A stretch of DNA of 64,000 bases from positions 1 through 64,000 of IMG/VR virus record IMGVR_UViG_3300045988_160113; one strand, written 5' to 3'. The notes under the pieces were generated by a model. The model ran no database searches and was not told the DNA's origin. It saw nothing but the letters and a program-made list of their open reading frames with translations. This DNA is from a virus. Shown piece by piece: positions 12,379 to 22,690 of the stretch (the stretch's first letter is position 1; each line of letters begins with the position of its first letter). The translations under genes and the position numbers were made by a program.

Positions 12379-12936
12379 CTAGTCCCACAAATCCCACCAA
12401 ACTCTTTCCAATATCCTAAAAAATTCTTTTTTTGCATTATTCATTGCTGCGCTTTTCTCTTCCTCACTCCACTCCTCATACAATGGATTTTCTTCATCCA
12501 TAGCATCCAATAATACTAACATTCGAGTGAGTATACGCCGCCATTCATCACTGGCTTTTTTATCTTCAAGGAGATAATAACCATTAGCAATAAGTTCTGT
12601 GCGATTTTCGTAGGAGTATTCAACGTAATCCGCGCGCTGAAGGTTAGTAAGAGTTGGACAGACACAAGGGTAGCCAGAATTCCATTCAAGGAGACCAGCC
12701 AAACCAATGCGCCAAGCAGAAAGAAAATAGGAGTAAGTTTCAAAAGTGGAGACTGGACTTAGACCTTTTTTGAGGCAAAAATGGAGACGTTGAAGAAAAA
12801 TTTTGAAGTCGTGAGGCCAACGAGTGAGAGAGCGAAAACTATGGTGAGGGAAGAGGCCGAACGACAGTTTAGTGAGAGATTTGGAGGAAGTAAAGTAGGT
12901 AGTATATGGGGGAAGGGAATTGGGATAGGTATACAT
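12379..12936 (-). CDS. hypothetical protein (185 aa) with an unusual S/T/P/F/L-rich N-terminal half
   Basis: ATG at 12936, 8 nt after GGAGG. The C-terminal half looks like a normal acidic helical protein. The N-terminal half is encoded by a pyrimidine-rich tract. Confidence 0.45.
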   Translation of the reverse strand: MYTYPNSLPPYTTYFTSSKSLTKLSFGLFPHHSFRSLTRWPHDFKIFLQRLHFCLKKGLSPVSTFETYSYFLSAWRIGLAGLLEWNSGYPCVCPTLTNLQRADYVEYSYENRTELIANGYYLLEDKKASDEWRRILTRMLVLLDAMDEENPLYEEWSEEEKSAAMNNAKKEFFRILERVWWDLWD

Positions 12937-13047
12937 GAGAAAACCTCCGTAGTAATAGAAGTAGAACGTCCACGCGCTTCGCGCAGGACAAGACAGCAGA
13001 CAGCAAATAGTGAATAGTAAATAGTATTTCTTTTATTTTCTATTATT

Positions 13048-13076
13048 AGTATAACAAAAATTTTAGTAAAAATCAA
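13048..13076 (-). promoter_or_regulatory. sigma70-type promoter for the leftward 12936-12123 genes
   Basis: TTGATT (13071-13076), N17, TATACT (13048-13053). Confidence 0.5.
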
Positions 13077-13244
13077 ATTTGAAGTTATTCTGCGCGCTGT
13101 CCATTTTTATAGGAAGAATTGTTATAATTTTGCTATAAAATAAAGTATTTTATTACAAAATCTTACTATAAAATCACTCTGCGCGCAGAGCAAAAGATAA
13201 TAATAAATATATAACTTTTTTGTAAAATTTCAACAAATCAAAAT

Positions 13245-13273
13245 TTGACTTTGTGGCTCTTTTATGTTATAAT
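13245..13273 (+). promoter_or_regulatory. sigma70-type promoter at the head of the rightward structural block
   Basis: TTGACT (13245-13250), N17, TATAAT (13268-13273). Confidence 0.6.
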
Positions 13274-13331
13274 AATAAATGTAGGGAGAAGAATATCTAC
13301 CCTAAATAATTATAATAGAGGGGACAAATAA

Positions 13332-14576
13332 ATGAGTTTACGAAAAAATACCTCAATCCAACTTGATTTTTCCCTCTCTTCCGTAGAACAACGAAAAGAA
13401 TATGTTGAAAAACTAATAAATAAATTAGCAGAAAAAAATTATACTCCAGTAGATAGTGAACTTGAATTATTTTCTAATTATATATTATACGGCAAAGATG
13501 AGGATGGAACTTCTATTGTTGATAGAAAAGAAGTTCAAATAGCAACTAAATATAATACGTATAAAAAGAAAGCAGACCAATCTTTAGAAGAACTTAGTGA
13601 AATGCCTGGGTTCAATGAAAGTGTAGCACTAAATAATACTCCAATTCAATATAAAACTAAAAAAGTAAAATTTGATAGAGAAAAATCAAAAGACATAAAA
13701 GAGCTTTATCCGCTTTTTGAACAAATAGATGATATAAATAATTTACTTCGAGCTTATGAAAATAAATTAGAGCATACAGAAGAAAATGAAAAATATTATG
13801 AGCGCGCTAAGCAACTTACTACTCAAAAAGTATATAAAATGAAGCATCTCTTAGTTGAGTTACGAAGAGAACAATATACTATTCGAGATTTTTATCACCC
13901 TACTCTTCAGCCACTTCCAGTTCATGCTGCTTATAGAGGTGGAGAACAAGATGATTCTATTCCTTGGCAAGAAGGAGATTTTGAAATAGCGCCTTTAGGC
14001 TTTTATTACTCTGGCCTAAAACGCTTTGAAGACCCTCTGCGCGCAGATGAAAAAGATTATGAGTTCAATAATGAAGCTAAAATAATTTTGGACTTCCGTA
14101 ATTCTGAACATTTATATTCTATTTTTGATATGTGGCTTGAACTTGAAACTGCCACTATTGATAATCCAGAAAGTTCTCTTATCCCTTTATTGAATACTGT
14201 AAAGTTTTATGTAGAGCATTCTCCTTTGACTGATGAACAGCGTGATATTTTATACTATAAAATTCATAAAATTCCTAATTCTGAAATAGCAAATATTATC
14301 AATGAGAAATATAATACTAATCATACTTTGAATTATATTTCTACAATTTATAAACAAAAAATTTGCACTGAAATTGCTAGTTATGTTAGCTTTCATTATG
14401 ATGAATATTTAGCAAGAAATAATCAATTTCGTTGGAAGAAATGTGTTACTTGCGGAAAAGTAAAGCTAAAAGACCCTCGTAATTTTGTCCGTAAAGCACG
14501 TAGTTCAGATGGTTTAGCTAATCGATGCAAAGAATGTGATAAAATATATCGTAATACAAAAGGAGGCCAAGCCTAA
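13332..14576 (+). CDS. DNA-binding protein with a sigma-70 region-4-like HTH and a C-terminal zinc ribbon (late regulator or packaging accessory candidate)
   Basis: 414 aa. LTDEQRDILYYKIHKIPNSEIANII, and CVTCGK...DGLANRCKEC. Confidence 0.5.
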   Translation: MSLRKNTSIQLDFSLSSVEQRKEYVEKLINKLAEKNYTPVDSELELFSNYILYGKDEDGTSIVDRKEVQIATKYNTYKKKADQSLEELSEMPGFNESVALNNTPIQYKTKKVKFDREKSKDIKELYPLFEQIDDINNLLRAYENKLEHTEENEKYYERAKQLTTQKVYKMKHLLVELRREQYTIRDFYHPTLQPLPVHAAYRGGEQDDSIPWQEGDFEIAPLGFYYSGLKRFEDPLRADEKDYEFNNEAKIILDFRNSEHLYSIFDMWLELETATIDNPESSLIPLLNTVKFYVEHSPLTDEQRDILYYKIHKIPNSEIANIINEKYNTNHTLNYISTIYKQKICTEIASYVSFHYDEYLARNNQFRWKKCVTCGKVKLKDPRNFVRKARSSDGLANRCKECDKIYRNTKGGQA

Positions 14577-14806
14577 TGGAAAAAGAAATTAGTTCTAAAG
14601 AACTAATAAGATTTATAGAAAAAATTACTAAATTAGAACCAATATATTTTATTGGAGTTGCTAGAATAATGAATATAACTATTACTGGAACTAATGGTGA
14701 AGTCCGCGCGCTGGAAGAAATTATGTCTGATGTGATAGATAAATTTATTAGTTATAATCGAATTCAGCGGAAAAATTTATATAAAATTATCAAACAAGTA
14801 AAATAA
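14576..14806 (+). CDS. hypothetical protein (76 aa)
   Basis: ORF overlapping the upstream stop codon (TAATG). Confidence 0.5.
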   Translation: MEKEISSKELIRFIEKITKLEPIYFIGVARIMNITITGTNGEVRALEEIMSDVIDKFISYNRIQRKNLYKIIKQVK

Positions 14807-14817
14807 GGTGATTCAAT

Positions 14818-15795
14818 ATGACTGTGAAAGATAGATTCAAAGTAAGAATCTGCCCTAGATGTCAAGAGTCGAGAATTGAAAATGATTTTAGCAAAACTAA
14901 AAATGTTTTTTATCCCGATGGTTTTTGTCCTATTTGTAATACCTGTTTAGAAAATATTATAAGAGAAGCTGATTATAATTGGAAAGTAGTTGACCAACTT
15001 TGTCAATATTTAGATATTCCTTTTATACCAAAAGAATGGGAGAAAATTAGACAAAAAAATAAACTCTCTCCCTTTTCTGTATATATACAGTTATTTGAAG
15101 ATGAGAAACATGAAAAATTGCGCTGGGCAGAATATTTTGAAGAATTCAAAGCTTTAGAGGAAGCAAATCTAATTGAAGAGGAACTTCCCCTTTTTACGGA
15201 AGAAAAGATAAAAAAATTACAAGATATCTGGGGCGCTAATTATGACGCTTATGAACTAAATTATCTTGAAAAATTATATGCTGGTATCTTGAAAACTCAA
15301 TCTGTAAATGGCGACCTTCAAGAAGACCAAGCGCGAAAATTATGTAAGATTTCTTTGGAAATTGATGGTCGTATTAGAGCAGGAGAGGATTTTGATAAAC
15401 TTTTGAAATCTTATGATACTCTTGTAAAAATTGCTGATTTTACTCCACGAAATGCTAAGAATGCTAATGATTTCGATAGTGTTGGTGAATTGTTCAAATG
15501 GCTTGAAAAACGTGGTTGGAAGAATCAATATTATAATGGAGCAACTAAAGATATAGTTGATGAAACGCTTCATAATATTCAAGCCTATAATCAGCGTCTT
15601 TATACAAATGAAAGCGGTATTGGTGATGAAATAACTGAGCGTATCCGCGCGCTTCAGAATGTTGCTGAATATGAACAGAAACAAAATGACTTTAATACAG
15701 ATGAAGTTTGTGATGATTTTGATAGTTATGAAAATACTGGTTATAACGAACTTATGAAAGAAGACTTTGATGCCAATGTGGGGGTGTCAGTCTAA
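14818..15795 (+). CDS. zinc-ribbon protein; terminase small subunit candidate by position
   Basis: 325 aa. CPRCQ...DGFCPICNTC. Its stop overlaps the terL start. Confidence 0.4.
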   Translation: MTVKDRFKVRICPRCQESRIENDFSKTKNVFYPDGFCPICNTCLENIIREADYNWKVVDQLCQYLDIPFIPKEWEKIRQKNKLSPFSVYIQLFEDEKHEKLRWAEYFEEFKALEEANLIEEELPLFTEEKIKKLQDIWGANYDAYELNYLEKLYAGILKTQSVNGDLQEDQARKLCKISLEIDGRIRAGEDFDKLLKSYDTLVKIADFTPRNAKNANDFDSVGELFKWLEKRGWKNQYYNGATKDIVDETLHNIQAYNQRLYTNESGIGDEITERIRALQNVAEYEQKQNDFNTDEVCDDFDSYENTGYNELMKEDFDANVGVSV

Positions 15796-17588
15796 TGGAA
15801 TTTGTAAATACTGATTTAGAAAAAATTGAAGAAGCCGAAAGTAAAATAGGTAGACGTGAAAATATAGTCCTTGAAAAAGGAATAATTCTCACTGACGCTT
15901 ACTTAGAAGAAAATCAAAGTTTATTTGAAAAATATTGTAATTATTTTTCAGTTTATCCTGATGTTTTCTTAGATTTGATAAAGCCAGAAAAAGAAGAAAT
16001 CTCTTTATTTTTTTATCAAAGACTTATTCTTCGCGCGCTGATGAGATATAAAGAAATTTATCTTTGCGCTTGTCGTGCTACTTCAAAAACTTTTTTATCT
16101 ATTTTAGCTTTATTTTTACAATGCGTATTTATGCCAGGAACTAAAAGATTTATCGTCGCAACTTTCAAAGTACAAGCCGCAAAAGTAGCAAAAGAGAAAA
16201 TATTAGAAATATATGAACATTGGCCATTACTAAGAAAAGAGATAATTGGAGGAGACATTAGTGATACTCCTGGTAATTTTGGTAAGGACTATGTTACACT
16301 AAAGTTTCGTAATGGTTCACAATTAGATGTTGTCGGTGGCGATGGTACTCGTGGTCTTCGTCGTAATGGAGGACTTTTAGATGAGTTACGTGATGCTGAT
16401 GAGGTTGAGATTAATGAAATTGTTCTTCCCTTAATGAACGTCGCACGTCGTTTACCTGATAATACTGTAAATGAGAAAGAGCCAAATGCTCAGCAAATAG
16501 TAATGACTTCGGCTGGTGTAAAGAGCCATTTCTCATATGATAAACTTATTGATATGTTTGAAAATTCAATTATTATGCCTAATGATGCTTTTGTAATAGG
16601 ATTGGATTATCGTATTCCTATTGCACATGGGTTACTTGACCGCGCTTATGTAAATAAACTGAAGATGTCTCCAAGTTTTAATGCGGAATCATTTGCGCGC
16701 GAATATTTGAGTTTGTGGTCAGGAAGTAGCGAAGAGTCTTGGTTTAATTATGATAAAATGTCAAAATATCGAAAAATAAAAAATCCTGAATGGATGTATC
16801 AAAAAGCTAGACTCGGTGAACGCGGATTCTACTTATTAGCGATGGATGTAGGACGTTTAGGTGACCGTTCTGAAGTTTGTGTTTTTAGAGTTAATCCAAA
16901 TCAGGATGGAGTTTATTACGCTACTTTAGTAAATATTATTACTTTAGGTAGAACTCCAGAGACAAGACAATTTTCTTATCAAGCAAGAGATTTGAAACGG
17001 TTAATAAAATTATATCAGCCAAAAGAGGTAATCATTGATACTAATGGTCTTGGTATTTCTCTTGCGGATGAAATGATAAAAACACATTATGATTTAGATG
17101 GCACTGAGCTTCCTCCTCTTGGCTTTTTTAATAATGAAGATTATAAAAAAATTCAACCAAAAGATGCTCCGCAGATTCTTTATTCTATGAAGGCTAATGG
17201 TCCTTTAAATTCTCAAATTCATGGTAATGCCTATTCTCGTGTTTCTGGTGGTAGGATTCGTTTTCTTATTACTGAACAAGAAGCAAAAAGTTCATTATTG
17301 GCCACTAAAATTGGTCAAACTATGAAAACAGAAGATAAAATTCGTCGATTGATGCCACATCAGCAAACTACTAATTTATTTGAGCAGATGGCTAATTTAC
17401 GTATGAAAAGAACTGGAACTGGGCTTGATATAGTTCTTGAACAAATCAATGCTCGTTTTCCTAAAGATAAATATTCTGCTTTTGCTTATGGTCTTTGGAG
17501 AATAAAAGAATTGGAAGAAGAAAATGCAAAGAAGAAAAAGAATCGAAAAGGAGCAAGAAAATTAGTATTTTATTCAGAAGGAGGCTAA
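15795..17588 (+). CDS. terL: terminase large subunit
   Basis: 597 aa, immediately upstream of the portal gene. P-loop-like CACRATSKT. Size and architecture are typical of TerL. Confidence 0.8.
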   Translation: MEFVNTDLEKIEEAESKIGRRENIVLEKGIILTDAYLEENQSLFEKYCNYFSVYPDVFLDLIKPEKEEISLFFYQRLILRALMRYKEIYLCACRATSKTFLSILALFLQCVFMPGTKRFIVATFKVQAAKVAKEKILEIYEHWPLLRKEIIGGDISDTPGNFGKDYVTLKFRNGSQLDVVGGDGTRGLRRNGGLLDELRDADEVEINEIVLPLMNVARRLPDNTVNEKEPNAQQIVMTSAGVKSHFSYDKLIDMFENSIIMPNDAFVIGLDYRIPIAHGLLDRAYVNKLKMSPSFNAESFAREYLSLWSGSSEESWFNYDKMSKYRKIKNPEWMYQKARLGERGFYLLAMDVGRLGDRSEVCVFRVNPNQDGVYYATLVNIITLGRTPETRQFSYQARDLKRLIKLYQPKEVIIDTNGLGISLADEMIKTHYDLDGTELPPLGFFNNEDYKKIQPKDAPQILYSMKANGPLNSQIHGNAYSRVSGGRIRFLITEQEAKSSLLATKIGQTMKTEDKIRRLMPHQQTTNLFEQMANLRMKRTGTGLDIVLEQINARFPKDKYSAFAYGLWRIKELEEENAKKKKNRKGARKLVFYSEGG

Positions 17589-17591
17589 TAA

Positions 17592-19088
17592 ATGGGAAAT
17601 AATGATAAACAATCCACTATGCCTTCTAATCTTGAGGAAAAAATTACCACATTTCGGCGCGTCGCAGAAAGTATGATAGCAACTAATGATGCTTCATATG
17701 ATTCGAGATATCAACGAAGCCGTAGAGACTATGTTAGAAAATATACAAATGAGGAAATTCAGAGAATTATTTCTTCTGGTTCTATTGTTCAACAATCTAT
17801 TCTTTCTAATAATTATTTTAGTCTTGATGGATTCTATCGTAGAATTATTATTTATTATGCTACATATTTGAAATATATCGGAGTGTTAATTCCTCAAATG
17901 AAGGGAAAACCAAATAAACAAACTATTGAAATTTATAATAAAGCAATGAATTTTATAAATGTTATAAATATGAATTCTTTATGTGTTGATTTTGGTATAA
18001 AGGCTTTATTGAATGGTACTTATTATGGTGTGGTTCAGAATATAAATGAGAATGGTTTTACTACTTTAGATTTGCCTTTCAATTATTGTTCTACTCGTTA
18101 TAAAGACCAACAAAACAATGATGTTATTGAATTCAATTTAGCTTATTTTGATTCTATTGTTGATAAAAAACAAAAGAAAATTGCTTTACAAGTTTACCCT
18201 GATTCTATTGTGAAAGCTTATAAAAAGTGGACAAAAAATAAAACTATTGAAAATCAATATTTTATTATTCCAAGTGATGTAGGTATTTGTTTTTCTCTTT
18301 TTGATGGTAAGCCTATGTTTTTGAGTACTCTTCTTGATATTGCTGATTATTATGATTATAAAAATTATGATAAAAAAAGAGTCCAAGAAGAGATTAGAAA
18401 AGTATTGGTTCAAAAGATACCTCATATAAATGATGGAACTTTATTATTTGAACCAGACGAAGCTGAAGTTATGCACAAAGGCACTGTTGGAATGATGAAA
18501 AACAATGAAAATGTTAGCGTTCTTACAACTTATGCTGATACAGAAATGTATAGTAGCGATGCTTCAAATGAATCTGTAAACAATATTTTAGATAAAGCAG
18601 CAAATGCTATTTATAAGCAAGCTGGTGTTTCTCCACAGTTGTTTTCTTTAACTGGCAATGTGGCTACTGAAACTTCTATTCAGAAAGACGGCGCGCTTGC
18701 TATGTATATGGCAAATAAATTTGCTAATTTTTTTACAAGTTTAGTAAATAAATTATATAAAACTGATGAGATTAGTTTTAAATATGAATTTTTATCAGTA
18801 AGTTATTTCAATGAAAAAGAATTTATTGATAACTCTTTCAAACTTGCTTCAAGTGGTTATAGTTTTCTATATCCTGCTTTAGCTATGGGTATGAATCAAA
18901 GTGATTTGAAAAACATTAAAACACTTGAAAATAGTATACTGAAACTTGATAAAGACTTAATACCTCTCCAAAGTTCTTATACTCAAAATGGTAATTCCTC
19001 TCCTGGCGCGCCAGAGAAGAAACCTAGTGAGAAGTCAGAGCGCACTTTGGCTAATGAAGAATCTAAAAATGGAGGTGGCACTGAATGA
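17592..19088 (+). CDS. portal protein
   Basis: 498 aa, directly after terL. Call rests on position and size. Confidence 0.7.
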   Translation: MGNNDKQSTMPSNLEEKITTFRRVAESMIATNDASYDSRYQRSRRDYVRKYTNEEIQRIISSGSIVQQSILSNNYFSLDGFYRRIIIYYATYLKYIGVLIPQMKGKPNKQTIEIYNKAMNFINVINMNSLCVDFGIKALLNGTYYGVVQNINENGFTTLDLPFNYCSTRYKDQQNNDVIEFNLAYFDSIVDKKQKKIALQVYPDSIVKAYKKWTKNKTIENQYFIIPSDVGICFSLFDGKPMFLSTLLDIADYYDYKNYDKKRVQEEIRKVLVQKIPHINDGTLLFEPDEAEVMHKGTVGMMKNNENVSVLTTYADTEMYSSDASNESVNNILDKAANAIYKQAGVSPQLFSLTGNVATETSIQKDGALAMYMANKFANFFTSLVNKLYKTDEISFKYEFLSVSYFNEKEFIDNSFKLASSGYSFLYPALAMGMNQSDLKNIKTLENSILKLDKDLIPLQSSYTQNGNSSPGAPEKKPSEKSERTLANEESKNGGGTE

Positions 19089-20527
19089 AAAATGAATTTT
19101 CAGTAACTATTTATGGGAAACTTGAAAAATTTACAGATACAATTTCTCGCGCGAGAGTCCGAATTTTTTATAAGGGTCTAAATAGGAACTCTACTTATAT
19201 AACAGAAGAGTTTGCAGAGAAACTTGTAAATACATTATCTTATGCTCCAGTAAAAGGTATTTATGATAGTGAAGATAGTGATTATACGGACCATGGGAAA
19301 AAGCGTAATGAAGGGCGTATTTATGGTGTAGTTCCAGCAGATAAAAATTTTGCTTGGGAAAAGCATACTGATGAAGACGGAGAAACAAGAGAATATGCTT
19401 GTTGTGATGTTCTTCTGTATACTGCTCTTTATGGCGAAGCCGCACAGATAATTGGTAGTAGCCAATCTATGGAAATTTATCCTCCTTCAATAAAGGGAAA
19501 ATGGATTTATATGTCTGGTAAAAAGGTCTACCAATATGAAGAAGGTTGTTTCCTTGGCTTACAAGTATTAGGACAAGAAGTTGAACCTTGTTTTGAAGGT
19601 GCGGCATTCTTTTCTATGTATAAACAAATAGAAGATATTTATGAAAAGTTGAATGAGTATAAGAATATTTTTGAAAAAGGAGGTAATAAGTCAATGGATA
19701 AAATTAGTTTCAAACTTTCCAATAACCAGACTTATGATATTCTTTGGAATTTGATGAATGCTGATTATTATACACAAGAAAATGATTGGACTGTTCGTTA
19801 TAGCATTTGTGATGTGTATGATGATTATGCAATTTGCCGTGATTATCAAGAAGGCAATTATATTCGTCAATATTATACCAAAGATAATGAAAATGATACC
19901 GTAACTCTTGGTAATAGTGAAGTTTGTTATTTTGTTGATGTGACTGAATCCGAAAAAGAAGCTCTTAATAAATATCGCGAGTCTGGTGAAAATTTTGAGA
20001 AGATTGATGAAAATTTTGCTCAGATGAAAGCTGATATTGAAACTCTTACAAATGAAAAAGAGGAACTTAATACTCAGTATACAACCGTTAATACTGAATT
20101 TGAAGCTCTAAAAACCTCTAATGAGGAAACTGTCAATGCTTTGACTGAAGCCAATGGTAAAATTGAAGATATGAATGGTCAAATTGCTACCTATACTGAG
20201 CAGACCACTACTCTTCAGGCTACTATTGATACTCTTACTTCTGAAAATGAAGGACTGAAGCAGTTCAAACTTGATACTGAGATTGCTGAGAAGAAGGCTC
20301 TTGTTGATAGTTATTCTGATAAGCTTGATACCGATATTATTAGTGAGTATACTAATGAAAAACTTGCTGATATGAGTTTAGAAGATATTGAGAAGGAACT
20401 TTGCTTCAAACTAGTAAAGTCTAATCCTTCTGTTTTCTCCAAGGGCGAACCTACTCCCCAGTATATTCCTAAAAATGATGGCCCTAAATCTGGGCTTGAT
20501 GAAATTCTAAGTAAATACAAAAAATAA
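19085..20527 (+). CDS. scaffolding protein (possibly with an N-terminal maturation domain)
   Basis: 480 aa. Long coiled-coil segment (LTNEKEELNTQY...TLTSENEGLKQF). Lies between the portal and capsid genes. Confidence 0.55.
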   Translation: MKNEFSVTIYGKLEKFTDTISRARVRIFYKGLNRNSTYITEEFAEKLVNTLSYAPVKGIYDSEDSDYTDHGKKRNEGRIYGVVPADKNFAWEKHTDEDGETREYACCDVLLYTALYGEAAQIIGSSQSMEIYPPSIKGKWIYMSGKKVYQYEEGCFLGLQVLGQEVEPCFEGAAFFSMYKQIEDIYEKLNEYKNIFEKGGNKSMDKISFKLSNNQTYDILWNLMNADYYTQENDWTVRYSICDVYDDYAICRDYQEGNYIRQYYTKDNENDTVTLGNSEVCYFVDVTESEKEALNKYRESGENFEKIDENFAQMKADIETLTNEKEELNTQYTTVNTEFEALKTSNEETVNALTEANGKIEDMNGQIATYTEQTTTLQATIDTLTSENEGLKQFKLDTEIAEKKALVDSYSDKLDTDIISEYTNEKLADMSLEDIEKELCFKLVKSNPSVFSKGEPTPQYIPKNDGPKSGLDEILSKYKK

Positions 20528-20541
20528 GGAGGATATTTATA

Positions 20542-21072
20542 ATGGCTGATAAGAAACTAAATGAAGGCTTTGGCTATGGCCAGATTGAACTTAATCAGTG
20601 TGCCTTCCGTCGTGACGGCCGCATTGAAGCCCAGTGCAAGATTGCCGATGGTATTGATTTTATTGAGAATGGCGGTATTTTTGCTATTGATAATGTAAAA
20701 CGTGAGATTGGCTATCCTACTGCTGATTCTTATATGTTCGGTCTAAATTATACTTCTGAGCATATGTATGATGAACGTCTTGTTGGTGGTCTGAAGTATT
20801 ATAAGACTGATAAGGATTCTTTCCTTCCCCGTCTTGGTTACCTTGATATTGGTGATAAGTATACTACTAACCTAGTTGTTTATGACGAGTCTCTTGACCT
20901 TGCCAATGCTGTTTATGGTTATGTTAAGGCTGGCGATAATGGTTATATTCGTCTTTCTGCTGAAGAGCCTGCTGATGCTATTGCTAAGGCTCCTATGCTT
21001 CACGTTATTGATGCTAAGGCCACTATGCCTAATGGCGCTCCTGCCATTAAGTTCCAGTGCATCAAGGCGTAA
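20542..21072 (+). CDS. head-associated hypothetical protein (decoration or accessory candidate)
   Basis: 176 aa with a strong AAGGAGG RBS, immediately upstream of the capsid gene. Confidence 0.45.
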   Translation: MADKKLNEGFGYGQIELNQCAFRRDGRIEAQCKIADGIDFIENGGIFAIDNVKREIGYPTADSYMFGLNYTSEHMYDERLVGGLKYYKTDKDSFLPRLGYLDIGDKYTTNLVVYDESLDLANAVYGYVKAGDNGYIRLSAEEPADAIAKAPMLHVIDAKATMPNGAPAIKFQCIKA

Positions 21073-21098
21073 TAAAATATATATAGGAGGTAAATAAA

Positions 21099-22139
21099 AT
21101 GGCTACTATTCAGGAAATTAAAGAGCTTGCCCTAAATGCTGCTCGTGGTACTGCTCCAGAAAATTATTCCGTTGAAAATGTAAATGATGCTCTGCGCGAT
21201 GAGCTAAATGCTATGTGCAGTTCTATCAATGAGTTCCGTCGTAATCAGTATGATATTTTTGAGATTATCATTGAAACTGCTGATGATATTGTCCCTAAGA
21301 AAGTTATTGATTATGTTGGTATCTTTGCTGAGGTTAAAACTGTTGGTAATGGCCAGAAGGCTATGTTCAAGCGTAAGCTTGGTAAGAATCGCGCCAAGAA
21401 GTTCCTTACTCAGGTTGGTCTAAGTGGCGTTTACGAGACTTTCCGTCTTGATACTGAGACCTTTACTGTTGAGGCTCATGCCGTTGGCGGTGCAGGTACT
21501 ATTGATTTTGACCGTATGCTTGATGGTTCTGAGAATATGTCTGATATTATGGACATTATTACTGAGGGTCTAACTGATTCTGTTTTTTATGAGATTCAGA
21601 AGGCACTAATTGCTGCTTATGAAGCTGCTGGTGTTCCTGCCGCGAATCGTAAGGAAGGTAACAATTTTGTTGCCAAGGATATGCAAGACCTTGTTAATGT
21701 AGTTCGCTCTTATGGTACTAGTGCTGTTATCTTTGCTTGCCCTGAGTTCGTTGCTGCTATGGGTCCTGATCAGATTGGTGATCCTTCTTACAAGGCTGTT
21801 TATAGTCCTAAGGATATTGAGGATATTGCCAATACTGGTTATATCAAGATGTTCCGTGGTACTCCTATTATTCAGATGCCACAGAGCTTTATTGATGAGA
21901 ATAATGATAAAACCGCTATGAATCCTCAATATGCTTTTGTTCTTCCCGCTGGCGGCGAGAAAGTTGTTAAGGTTGTTCTTGAAGGTCCTACTCAGATGTG
22001 GATGCGTGACAACCGTGATCAGTCTATGGAAATCAACGCTTACAAGAAAATGGGTGCTGCAATTCTTACCTATCATAATTGGGGCGTTTATAAGAATAAG
22101 AGTATCTCTGATACCTCTGCTTCTCTCTACGGTTTCTAA
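21099..22139 (+). CDS. major capsid protein
   Basis: 346 aa with a strong RBS AGGAGG. Position, and a stable hairpin right after the stop. Confidence 0.7.
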   Translation: MATIQEIKELALNAARGTAPENYSVENVNDALRDELNAMCSSINEFRRNQYDIFEIIIETADDIVPKKVIDYVGIFAEVKTVGNGQKAMFKRKLGKNRAKKFLTQVGLSGVYETFRLDTETFTVEAHAVGGAGTIDFDRMLDGSENMSDIMDIITEGLTDSVFYEIQKALIAAYEAAGVPAANRKEGNNFVAKDMQDLVNVVRSYGTSAVIFACPEFVAAMGPDQIGDPSYKAVYSPKDIEDIANTGYIKMFRGTPIIQMPQSFIDENNDKTAMNPQYAFVLPAGGEKVVKVVLEGPTQMWMRDNRDQSMEINAYKKMGAAILTYHNWGVYKNKSISDTSASLYGF

Positions 22140-22153
22140 TTGAAAAAATATAA

Positions 22154-22176
22154 GCTGGGGAGTTTATCTCCCCAGC
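22154..22176 (+). terminator. hairpin after the capsid gene (RNA stabiliser or partial terminator; no U-tract)
   Basis: GCTGGGGA-GTTTATC-TCCCCAGC. Confidence 0.4.
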
Positions 22177-22205
22177 ATAATAAAGAGTAAAAGGAGTAAT
22201 ATTTT

Positions 22206-22688
22206 ATGGATAAAGATACTAAAATTAAAGTCGTTAGCACAGTTTATGGTACAGTAACAGTTCAGTTACCAAACATGAATTTCACTAGAGTTTGGCCTAA
22301 TAAGGGCGCGGCAGTTATGATACCTTTTGCGGTTCTTGAGGAAGGAATTTTTGATACTGGTTTTAATAATATGCTTCGTGATGGAGACCTCTATATTGAA
22401 GATATGGAAGTTAAGAAAGCTCTTGGACTTGAGCCAGATGATGCTACTGTTCCTGAGAATGTAATTGTACTTCCAGAAAATAGAATAATTTATTTACTAA
22501 AAACTGCTTCTATTGATGAATTGAAAGATGTTCTTAGTAAAGTATCTATTGAACAGGCCAATAACCTTGCTCAGTATGCTATTGATAATCAAATCAACGA
22601 TTTTGATAAGTCTGAATTGATTAAGGCTCGTACTGGCCGCGACATTACCAAATCCATTCTCCTAGAGAGACAAAATAAGGTTGAATAA
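22206..22688 (+). CDS. hypothetical head/connector-module protein
   Basis: 160-aa ORF in the head-tail joining region. Confidence 0.5.
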   Translation: MDKDTKIKVVSTVYGTVTVQLPNMNFTRVWPNKGAAVMIPFAVLEEGIFDTGFNNMLRDGDLYIEDMEVKKALGLEPDDATVPENVIVLPENRIIYLLKTASIDELKDVLSKVSIEQANNLAQYAIDNQINDFDKSELIKARTGRDITKSILLERQNKVE

Positions 22689-22690
22689 TT

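Noticed and set aside
1500-13300. The GC-richer left arm as an assembly chimera joining two genomes
   Set aside because: The same promoter architecture (AAATTTGACT...TATAAT), RBS style, stop-in-loop terminators and the rare GCGCGC/CTGCGCGCAG motif occur on both sides of the boundary. The AT-rich promoter modules are interleaved with the GC-rich ORFs.
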